A DNA stretch of 43,591 nucleotides from an uncultured delta proteobacterium. Its GTDB lineage: Bacteria; Desulfobacterota; Desulfobacteria; Desulfobacterales; QNYZ01. This document shows, piece after piece, positions 1 through 7,881 of the stretch. Each line of letters starts with the position of its first letter. Position 1 is the stretch's first letter. A program made the position numbers and the translations under genes. Under the pieces are notes generated by a model, which did no database searches, was not told where the DNA came from, and saw only the letters and a program-made list of their open reading frames with translations. Where the stretch lies: NCBI GenBank assembly GCA_963845145.1, contig CAWJQU010000010.1, positions 1 through 43,591 of the forward strand, written 5' to 3'.

Positions 1-1
1 C

Positions 2-823
2 TCCTTGATGATTTAACCAACTGAATGCGATGAGACTGTTTTCCATTTCCTGAAAACCAGACTCTTTGGCTCTAATCGGTATAAAATCGCTTTTACCAAG
101 CAATTTTCCCCTACCCGGATCCACAATTTGGTAAATTCCCTTATCGTTTATGATAGAAGAATCGACATTTTTACCGTGGCTTAGAACTCTTAGAAATATG
201 TAGAATTTATCCGGGTCGAGTGTTGCCCGCATTATATAGAACTTGCCGTCAATCATCTGTTTGGTAGCAATGGTAAAATGCGGTTTGTTCCTGAACCCCA
301 GATATATATTACTGATAATATAGTTCTTATCTTGCTTTATCAGGCCTTTAAACCAGGTTTCATTGCTGTAGTCTTTTCCTTGAAGGTAGTCGAAGGGTCC
401 AGCGTAACCCGTTTGAATTCCATTGGAGTTGATAAAACCGACATCAATAAAAGAATCGCTGGACTGCCTTAAATTTTCTAAATAATATTCCATTTCCTTT
501 TTTATCGGTTTCAGGTTTAGTTCAGTGTAATGAAAAAGACTGAATAGGTTAACAACCCTTTCTTGGAGATAAAGATCGATTGTGTTTCTCTGACTTTCGG
601 AAAGGGCTGAAAGGCTGAGTTTTTCTGAGTTTTTTAGTGTAGAGTTGAATTGAATATGGAAATAACTGGAAAGCACCAAAAGTGGCAAGGCAAAGCAGAG
701 AATAAGCCCTACAGACAGCCAAAGGCGCAACCGTTTGAACTGATTTCTGATTTTTTCTTTAGCGGCAGAGGTGTCACTCGCATTTGCTTCTGCCATCATA
801 TCCGGATGCTTCTGTCTTTCCAT
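2..823 (-). CDS. Membrane sensor protein with periplasmic Cache-type domain, probably a two-component histidine kinase (3' part outside window)
   Basis: Not in the ORF track (no stop in window). Manual translation from ATG 823: MERQKHPDMM..., TM helix LWLSVGLILCFALPLLVLSSYF, then YAGPFDYLQGKDYSNETWF...ISNIYLGFRNKPHFTIA, typical of deltaproteobacterial Cache sensor kinases. The kinase domain itself is not visible. Confidence 0.75.
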   Translation of the reverse strand, partial: MERQKHPDMMAEANASDTSAAKEKIRNQFKRLRLWLSVGLILCFALPLLVLSSYFHIQFNSTLKNSEKLSLSALSESQRNTIDLYLQERVVNLFSLFHYTELNLKPIKKEMEYYLENLRQSSDSFIDVGFINSNGIQTGYAGPFDYLQGKDYSNETWFKGLIKQDKNYIISNIYLGFRNKPHFTIATKQMIDGKFYIMRATLDPDKFYIFLRVLSHGKNVDSSIINDKGIYQIVDPGRGKLLGKSDFIPIRAKESGFQEMENSLIAFSWLNHQG

Positions 824-980
824 CTTTATCCTTTTTCGCCATATTTACGTCATGGGTTCGTTTTTCAGAGTACGACAGTAATATAGGTGCCATCCTTATC
901 GGAAGATTGGCTGTTTTAATTTCTGTGATGGTGATTTCAACGGATACAGCATGAACGTTGGTTTCATTTATAATAAGCCA

Positions 981-1556
981 TTATTGTGTTAAGAATCTTT
1001 CAAACAATGGTTTTTTTTGTGTAACCGTCACTTTAGACATAAACCAAGACATTGATTCAGTATTTTTGCATGTATGAATTTTTTCTTGCGCTTCAGAATG
1101 AAAATACCTGACAACATCATTCCAGCCTTTTTTCAGATTCAGCTTGAAATTAGCGCACAATCCATCGGAGTGGCAGCTTGCTGTACCTCTTATTTGGCTC
1201 CTTTGATTTGCATACCATCTCGAAACCACTTTTTCCCCCAATTTACCTTTCATCGATTCCTGCGTGGAACCTTGAAAAATATACCCGATTATACGTTGAT
1301 TTGAATCAAATAACCAAAAGGTATCAACAATCGCAATTTTAAGTGACTCCGGATCAATATTTAAGTCCTCACAGACATTCGTAGGTGAATATAAGTAACT
1401 GTATCCTATAACAATATCCGGTAAGTTCATCTCAAAATATCCGTCTGAAAACACAGGTGCCTCAGCCAAAGTCATATAACCACTTTCAGAATTTAAAGTA
1501 GCTATTAGTTTAGCAGGCTCAGCATCCAGGTTTAAAATTCTATCAGCAATTTTCAT
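981..1556 (-). CDS. Hypothetical protein (~191 aa) with C-terminal LNLKKGWN motif
   Basis: Long ORF in AT-rich DNA. ATG 1556 preferred over TTG 1574 because the latter falls at the predicted sigma54 transcription start. Confidence 0.7.
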   Translation of the reverse strand: MKIADRILNLDAEPAKLIATLNSESGYMTLAEAPVFSDGYFEMNLPDIVIGYSYLYSPTNVCEDLNIDPESLKIAIVDTFWLFDSNQRIIGYIFQGSTQESMKGKLGEKVVSRWYANQRSQIRGTASCHSDGLCANFKLNLKKGWNDVVRYFHSEAQEKIHTCKNTESMSWFMSKVTVTQKKPLFERFLTQ

Positions 1557-1586
1557 AATTGTTCCGTCAGTCAAGACTCTATTATT

Positions 1587-1603
1587 CGCATAATCGATGC
1601 CAA
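1587..1603 (-). promoter_or_regulatory. Sigma54 (-24/-12) promoter
   Basis: Minus strand TTGGCATCGATTATGCG: GG-N10-GC with exact spacing, just upstream of the 1556 ORF and next to a sigma54 activator gene. Confidence 0.65.
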
Positions 1604-1713
1604 TTTATGTAAACACTGACCACAATAATTATATCTAACTGAAAATATAGAAATAATGTAATATTTAGCTATCATTTTTGATACTTCAGCAGAATCTTAT
1701 CATTTACTTTACC

Positions 1714-1758
1714 TACTAAATTTCGTATTAATGCAAAAACTACATCCGATATCTCGTA
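1714..1758. promoter_or_regulatory. Paired imperfect palindromes, candidate upstream activator sequences
   Basis: TACTAAATTTCGTA (1714-1727) and TCCGATATCTCGTA (1745-1758) differ by 1 and 3 bases from the palindrome TACGAAATTTCGTA; starts are 31 bp apart. Confidence 0.5.
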
Positions 1759-1827
1759 GTTTTCATTGAAAATTATAATTTGATAACCATATTCTGGAAC
1801 AAACTTATGAAAGGATTTTGACTCATC

Positions 1828-3906
1828 ATGGAAAAACAACAGTTAAAATCGCTTTTGGAGATAAATGCTTCCATTGCCTCCATAAGCGACAAAAAAGACC
1901 TATACAAGATTGCAATGAATGAGCTTCAAAGACTGGTTGGTTTTGATGATGCCGCAGTGATTGTCCTTTTGAATCAGGGCCGGGACTATATGCATTATCT
2001 GAATACCGATTCAACGAAAAGTTTTTCGAATCGATTGTCAGAAAAAATTTCGGATAATGTTTTACCTATCAAAGATTCGCCTGTTGAATATTTTTTAAGG
2101 CAAAAGGACCTTTATGGGTGGCAACTAATAAATTTAGCTAAAAGATTTCCTAGCGATCCCTATATTCAATGGATACTACAATCCGGATTTAGATATTCAT
2201 TCCATCTTAAATTACGTTCAGGCGGTCGTGAGGTCGGCTTGTTGCTTCTTTATTTTAAAGAAAAATTTACCTATCAGGTGAGCCAACAGTCCTTTTATCA
2301 GAGCATCGCTAACCAGCTCGCGGTAGCCATCCAAAATATTTTAACAAAAGAAGAACTCGAGGATGGAGAGAAAGACAAATCTTTTCAATTATCCATTAAC
2401 AATGCTTTGTTGAACACAAACACTAAAGAGGAGCTTTGTCTCACTTTGGCAAAACTATTAAATGATCATATTCCATTTGACATCATGGCGTTACGAATAT
2501 GGAGCAGATCTGGACTCTTGACGGATTGGGTTACTTTAGAAAAAACGAAGGCGGGCAACTTTCGGTCGATTAATGACCAGATTTCAAAGAAAGCCGCTCA
2601 GGAATTAAGAATTTTGGAAGAAAATAAAAATTCTTTGGATAAATTGCCGGGTATCTTTACAAAAAAAAAATATAATGAACTTTGCGACAGTTTCCCAATT
2701 TATGCATATTCTAAAAAGGCATACATTATAAAATCAGTTCTGCGTCTTCCTTTTAATCTGAGTATGGGCAAGTCGGCACATATCATATTTTCATCAAAAA
2801 AGAACAATGCCTACGCAGCCAAACATTTGAATATTTTGGAACACAGTATCGCTCAAATTTCCTTAGTGCTTGATAACCTGCTTGCCTTCAAACAATTGAA
2901 GCAAGAAAAAATGTATCTTGAAGAGGAAATCAAGACAGAGCACAATTTTGAGGAAATTATCGGTACTAGTTCCGCTTTACGAGAGGTTCTTCAAAAAGTC
3001 AGTCAGGTTGCCCCCACAGGCAGTACCGTATTAATCCAGGGAGAAACCGGAACTGGCAAAGAACTTATAGCACGAGCAATTCACAAACTATCGCCGCAAA
3101 AAGACCGCACACTTCTTAAGGTAAATTGCGCTGCATTATATCCTCAATTGATCGAGTCTGAACTGTTTGGACATGAAAAAGGCAGCTTTACGGGAGCTAT
3201 CGAAAGAAGAATTGGCAAGTTTGAACTTGCCGACGAGAGTACGATTTTTCTTGATGAAATTGGCGAACTTCCTAAAGAACTCCAGGCAAAAATTTTACGG
3301 GTACTTCAGGAGAAGGAAATCGAACGCATTGGCGGCAAAAACACGCTAAGAATAGACATTCGGATTATTGCCGCAACGAATCGTGACCTGCTCAAAATGG
3401 TTTCAACAGAAGAGTTTCGATCAGACCTATTTTACCGCCTGAGTGTATTTCCTATCTATCTACCACCGTTACGTGATCGAAAGGAGGATATTCCATTGCT
3501 GGCAGCGCATTTTATAAAAAGAGCTTCAAAAAAAATGCATAAAGAGATCGAAACGCTCACGGATGAGAGCCTCAAGGAGATGTTGGATTACAATTGGCCG
3601 GGAAATATTCGTGAGCTTGAGCATGTTATCGAGAAAGCTGTCATTTTAGCTGACAGGAGTGCGCTTAGTGTAACAATTCCCAAGGGCAGCAAGTATTCGA
3701 CAGACACAGCATTTTTGGGTGCAGCTCGGTTTAAAACATTAAAAGAACTGGAAAGCCAACATATCCTGCAGGTATTAAGACATTGTAATGGCAAAGTTAG
3801 AGGAGAAGATGGCGTTGCCGCTATCTTGGATATTAAGCCGACAACCTTGGAATCACGGATGAAAAAATTGGGAATAAAAAAAGAATATGTACTTTCCAAC
3901 AGATAA
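1828..3906 (+). CDS. Sigma54-dependent enhancer-binding protein, FhlA-like (two GAF-like domains, AAA+, HTH)
   Basis: Walker A GETGTGKE, ESELFGHEKGSFTGA (GAFTGA variant), Walker B FLDEIGE, WPGNIREL, C-terminal HTH AAILDIKPTTLESRMKKLGI. Confidence 0.95.
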   Translation: MEKQQLKSLLEINASIASISDKKDLYKIAMNELQRLVGFDDAAVIVLLNQGRDYMHYLNTDSTKSFSNRLSEKISDNVLPIKDSPVEYFLRQKDLYGWQLINLAKRFPSDPYIQWILQSGFRYSFHLKLRSGGREVGLLLLYFKEKFTYQVSQQSFYQSIANQLAVAIQNILTKEELEDGEKDKSFQLSINNALLNTNTKEELCLTLAKLLNDHIPFDIMALRIWSRSGLLTDWVTLEKTKAGNFRSINDQISKKAAQELRILEENKNSLDKLPGIFTKKKYNELCDSFPIYAYSKKAYIIKSVLRLPFNLSMGKSAHIIFSSKKNNAYAAKHLNILEHSIAQISLVLDNLLAFKQLKQEKMYLEEEIKTEHNFEEIIGTSSALREVLQKVSQVAPTGSTVLIQGETGTGKELIARAIHKLSPQKDRTLLKVNCAALYPQLIESELFGHEKGSFTGAIERRIGKFELADESTIFLDEIGELPKELQAKILRVLQEKEIERIGGKNTLRIDIRIIAATNRDLLKMVSTEEFRSDLFYRLSVFPIYLPPLRDRKEDIPLLAAHFIKRASKKMHKEIETLTDESLKEMLDYNWPGNIRELEHVIEKAVILADRSALSVTIPKGSKYSTDTAFLGAARFKTLKELESQHILQVLRHCNGKVRGEDGVAAILDIKPTTLESRMKKLGIKKEYVLSNR

Positions 3907-4074
3907 ATGACTTCTGCGGTAAATATCGCAAATCAATGAGGGCTAATACGAATAACGTATTGGTCTTTAGTTCACAACTAAAAATCCAATGTTATTAACT
4001 TAGCAGCTTGGTTCATTACTGACCGGTTAAGTTTTTGTACGTAACCGTATTTACGAATCAGGGTACTACGTCTC

Positions 4075-4446
4075 ATGATGTCAAGCCGGTATCCTGGAGG
4101 TGGCAATGATCCGCGTGGGCACACACGTGGCCGGCAAAGCCAACGCCTGCTTCAGGACGCCGATTTCATCCTCATAGGTGTCATCAAGGGCCAGACCGCA
4201 AACATCAGCATAAGCGGTATTGCACTTCTCTTGTTTTGTGAATCACCTGATATTGGCGATGAGTTTGAAATCACCATCAAATTATCTGAAGAACATGAAG
4301 CACCGGTGACGTGCGAAAAGATATGGATGGGACCGATGGTTACTGATGAAACTGTATATACTGCAATTGGTGTTCGATTTATAATGATATCGCCCAGGGA
4401 CCGTGAAATAATCGCTTCAATGGTTGAGGAATATAGTGTGGCTTAG
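4075..4446 (+). pseudogene. PilZ-domain protein with missing or replaced N-terminus
   Basis: GQTANISISGI (D/NxSxxG motif) followed by a beta-rich region ending IGVRF...DREII. No RxxxR motif; the first ~35 codons look unrelated. Confidence 0.55.
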
Positions 4447-4850
4447 CCCCTATAAAACAAATAGATATGGAGATATTAGCAAAAAGAACAAACTCAGAAT
4501 GACCCATCGGTTTAAGATTACTAAGTGAATATTCATCAACCAGTTATGATATCTGTTGTTGATCACAACCTTCCTCAAACCTTTGATAAGAGAATAGAAT
4601 TGTATTTCGGCGACCTTAGCGAAAAATGGTGTCACAAATCAGCATACTCCCAATGATTTGATAGTATCACCACATTTTATCTTGCTGGAATATTAGATTT
4701 CTGGCAGTATTTTCGAAGGGATGGAGGGCACGATAGTCTCAATAAATCTTTATTGCCCTGATATTTGGTATCCAGGTATGCAATCACAACCCGTTTGGCA
4801 CTCCATTGTCCCACAACATATAGAAATGCAACAAATTAAAGGAGGCCGCC

Positions 4851-5555
4851 ATGAAATTCAAAGTATTCATCGTTTTTGTATTTTTTGCTTGCTCCCTTTT
4901 GGCTGGCATTAGCTTAGCTCAGAACAAAGTGGTGATCATTCCACTTATATCCGATAGTGGTGGTGAAATTCCAACAGTTACCTCTGCCGGTGGTAGAGTA
5001 TGGATGGACCGTAATCTTGGTGCGGTTAGAGTGGCCGAAAGATTTAATGATTACCAGGCGTTTGGTTGGCTGTATCAATGGGGCCGGCTTGCTGATGGAC
5101 ACGAAGATCGTGGGAGTGACACAACCACATCCATTAGTAGCGGCAATGTTCCCGGCCACGATAATTTTATCACGCCAAACCCATCATCACTCTTCGACTG
5201 GAGGAGTCCACAAAACAATAACTTGTGGCAACCGGGCACGGGCATCAACAATCCATGTCCCGATAGTTTCAGACTACCCACGGAAACGGAATGGGCCACT
5301 GAAAGGGCTTCATGGTTATCCGATGAATCTGCAGGTGCTTTCGCCTCTCCCCTGAAGCTCGTTGTTGCAGGCATCCGCAATCAAGATGATGGCACGATCA
5401 GCTCGGCAGGCGTTTATGGCTTCTACTGGAGTAGTTCGATTTTTAACGCTGGTGATGGTTTCTTGTCCTACGTCCTAAGCTTCTCTGACAACAGCGCCAG
5501 CGTATATGCCACCCTTCGTGGTTTTGGGGGAAGCGTCCGATGTATTAAAGATTAA
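4851..5555 (+). CDS. Secreted FISUMP/Fib_succ_major-like protein (C-type lectin-fold family)
   Basis: RBS AAGGAGG, signal peptide, motifs VWMDRNLGA, LYQWGR, NPCPDSFRLPTETEW, GFYWSSS, SVRCIKD. Confidence 0.8.
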   Translation: MKFKVFIVFVFFACSLLAGISLAQNKVVIIPLISDSGGEIPTVTSAGGRVWMDRNLGAVRVAERFNDYQAFGWLYQWGRLADGHEDRGSDTTTSISSGNVPGHDNFITPNPSSLFDWRSPQNNNLWQPGTGINNPCPDSFRLPTETEWATERASWLSDESAGAFASPLKLVVAGIRNQDDGTISSAGVYGFYWSSSIFNAGDGFLSYVLSFSDNSASVYATLRGFGGSVRCIKD

Positions 5556-6161
5556 TACACTTTTGATTTCTTTGACTTTTTTTAACAAAATACCGACACG
5601 TCTCGCGGCGCGTGATGGTTCTTTAATTCAGCCACGATATGAACATGGCCACTCCTTTTTGATAAGTTAAATTTCGGTCGGCACATCACAAGCGGGATCC
5701 GAGTTGGACGACCATTAATATCTCCAACTCATCTCCACCAGACCACTATTCCGAATTAAGTAAAAACTGAAGCTGGTTGAAGGTGGTGATATCATCATCG
5801 GTCAAGGTTGTGCCGCGATGGTGATGTAGCATGGATATTATCAGTTCGTCAGATTCATTCGTAACCAACGATCGTAAATCGTATGATCAAATTTCAACAG
5901 CTACATCTTAATCGATAAAATTCTCGTTTTGAAGCACTTTCATTTTTCTTATTTATCGTGCCAATAAACGACCAAATCGGGTCAAATTCACCAAAATTCT
6001 TATTTTAAAAATTAACACTGTCTTTTTTAATAACCTCGCCCATAACCCCTTGAAAAGTCGCATACATAGCTCACATCCAGCGCTCACAATCCTTTGATAT
6101 CAAATTTCTTATTTCATATGCCCGATCATACTTATTCAAAAAAGAGTATATAATTTAAATT

Positions 6162-6181
6162 TTCATGGACTATTCATGGAC
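6162..6181. repeat. Direct repeat TTCATGGAC x2 (11-bp period), candidate integrase arm-type site
   Basis: ttcatggac-ta-ttcatggac about 60 bp beyond the tRNA-Phe 3' end. Confidence 0.55.
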
Positions 6182-6199
6182 AATCCGTATTTGTCAAAT

Positions 6200-6232
6200 A
6201 AAAAAGGATTACGCCTTATGACGTAACCCCTT
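6200..6232 (-). terminator. Intrinsic terminator after tRNA-Phe
   Basis: Minus strand AAGGGGTTACG-tcataagg-CGTAATCCTTTTTT. Confidence 0.7.
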
Positions 6233-6240
6233 AATATTAT

Positions 6241-6316
6241 TGGTGCCGAGGGACAGAATCGAACTGCCGACACGGGGATTTTCAGTCCCCTGCTCTACCG
6301 ACTGAGCTACCTCGGC
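6241..6316 (-). tRNA. tRNA-Phe (GAA)
   Basis: GCCGAGGTAGCTCAGTCGGTAGAGCAGGGGACTGAAAATCCCCGTGTCGGCAGTTCGATTCTGTCCCTCGGCACCA; 76 nt, encoded CCA. Confidence 0.98.
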
Positions 6317-6369
6317 TCGAAATTTGATGGAATTACTAAATCAATGGCGGGTAACTTGTCAAGCGTAAA

Positions 6370-7113
6370 TTAGTCCAATCCTCCGGAATGATGCATGGCA
6401 AGGATGGTGGCGGTTAGGGCAGCGGTTTCGGCCCTTAGAATGCGTGGGCCGAGCGTGGCGGTGACAAAGCCGGCTGTTTTTGCTGATTCGACCTCGGATT
6501 GGGAAAAGCCCCCTTCCGGGCCGAGGATGAGGAACATCGACATTTTTTGATTGAAAGGTGGCTCCGGCAACCGGCTGACCAACGGTATGGTGCCTTTTTC
6601 CCAGAGGATCACCCGTGTCGAATGGTCGCGGGATGCCGTCAGGATGTCATCAAAGGACACCGGCGGTGAGATCGTGGGGGGGCTGCTGCGGCGGCATTGC
6701 TTGACCGCTTCGATGGCAATGGTTTCCCAGCGTTTTGTCTGCGTTAGCCGCTTTTTTTCAATTGGCCGGGGGATGGACCTGTGCGAAATGAAGGGACGCC
6801 AATGGTGAATGCCGATCTCGGTAAGTTGCCGAATAATGCCGTCCATTTTCCTTTTTTTCAAAAGGGCCTGGGCAATGGTCAGCTTTACCTGAGGTTCTGT
6901 TGGGGACGAATGGGTTTCAAGGATCTCGAATATGACGCGATCGGAATGTACCGATGCGATACGGGCGCCATATTCGGTTCCTGTACCGTCAAACAGGATC
7001 ACGCGATCACCTGCCGACATGCGCAAGACAACCCGTAAGTGTCTTGCTTCACGACCGGAAAGGTAAAATTCCGAGGCCTTAATCCGGTCCGGATGTATGA
7101 AAAATCGGCGCAT
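6370..7113 (-). CDS. rsmE: 16S rRNA m3U1498 methyltransferase
   Basis: HLRVVLRM, EAVKQCRR, GPEGGFS, LGPRILRAETA; start MRRFF after RBS AGGAG. Confidence 0.95.
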   Translation of the reverse strand: MRRFFIHPDRIKASEFYLSGREARHLRVVLRMSAGDRVILFDGTGTEYGARIASVHSDRVIFEILETHSSPTEPQVKLTIAQALLKKRKMDGIIRQLTEIGIHHWRPFISHRSIPRPIEKKRLTQTKRWETIAIEAVKQCRRSSPPTISPPVSFDDILTASRDHSTRVILWEKGTIPLVSRLPEPPFNQKMSMFLILGPEGGFSQSEVESAKTAGFVTATLGPRILRAETAALTATILAMHHSGGLD

Positions 7114-7390
7114 CTCTCCTCCGGTTGTCTTCGACAAGGTGACCCATACGATCCTTTTTCCTGTTTTAAGGGTACCTGAAAAAAAATCGGCGTCCCTGAT
7201 TTTGGTGGTCGCCATTCATTTTTCGACGCGTTTGTCGGGCTGTTTTTTTTGATCGTAGCGAAAAATCTGTTGGAAATCAAACATGTTGACACAATTGGCC
7301 GATCATGATAGCAAATCCATTAACAAAATAGTATAATGCAACTCGCTTCTTGGAAATACGATTTTCCATAACAATCGACAGGAGTGATTA

Positions 7391-7741
7391 ATGAGCACGA
7401 ACGACACGGAAAATCCATTCGACGACACTTTGCCCGATGACGAAGAGCCCATCCTTTTAACTGAAGAAGTTTTGGGAGATGTTGGGGACGAAGAAGATAT
7501 TATTGATTTGATAGACGAGGTGATGGAACCCGCGGAGAACGATGAGGGAATTATTGATCTGGTCGATGTGGTTGAGGATGCGCCAAATCTTTCGGTCACC
7601 CCTGATCAAGTCGAAAAGGCACTTGAAAAAACCATTGAAAAAATTTATGGCGAACGGATCGAGAGCCTTCTGGTAGAAGTTGTGCAGCGAAAAGTAACCG
7701 CCGAGATCGAAAAAATTAAAAAAACCCTTCACAATGCGTAA
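7391..7741 (+). CDS. Small acidic protein with C-terminal amphipathic helices (PopZ/RomR-C-like candidate)
   Basis: RBS AGGAG; D/E-rich N-half with three IIDL-type motifs; helical C-terminus ending VTAEIEKIKK. The CDS is well supported, the function is inferred. Confidence 0.75.
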   Translation: MSTNDTENPFDDTLPDDEEPILLTEEVLGDVGDEEDIIDLIDEVMEPAENDEGIIDLVDVVEDAPNLSVTPDQVEKALEKTIEKIYGERIESLLVEVVQRKVTAEIEKIKKTLHNA

Positions 7742-7881
7742 TGCGACAAAATAAATTGATGCGGCAACCTGACATACAAAGGCCGGGGAACTGATTTTCC
7801 GGCCTGTAAAATCGGGTTCTTTTTGTCTACCTTGGGGATTATTTATAATCCCCATTATTTTTGGAGATGGAGTCAATCAGT

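Larger units (their letters stand above)
1..6240. mobile_element. Putative genomic island or remnant integrated at the 3' end of tRNA-Phe (left end outside window)
   Basis: Visibly more AT-rich than the core genes from 6370 on; accessory and degraded genes; abuts the tRNA CCA end; tandem 9-bp repeats near the junction. No integrase in window. Confidence 0.55.

Noticed and set aside
4795..4812. TTGGCACTCCATTGTC as a sigma54 promoter for the FISUMP-like gene
   Set aside because: No GC at the required 10-bp spacing from GG.
5640..5943. Possible decayed minus-strand gene beginning MKVLQNENFID
   Set aside because: Several stops and no recognisable family, so it cannot be supported as a feature.
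7742..7881. Hairpins upstream of valS as a possible T-box
   Set aside because: No T-box consensus (AAGGTGGNACC-like) or specifier stem; none upstream of tyrS either.
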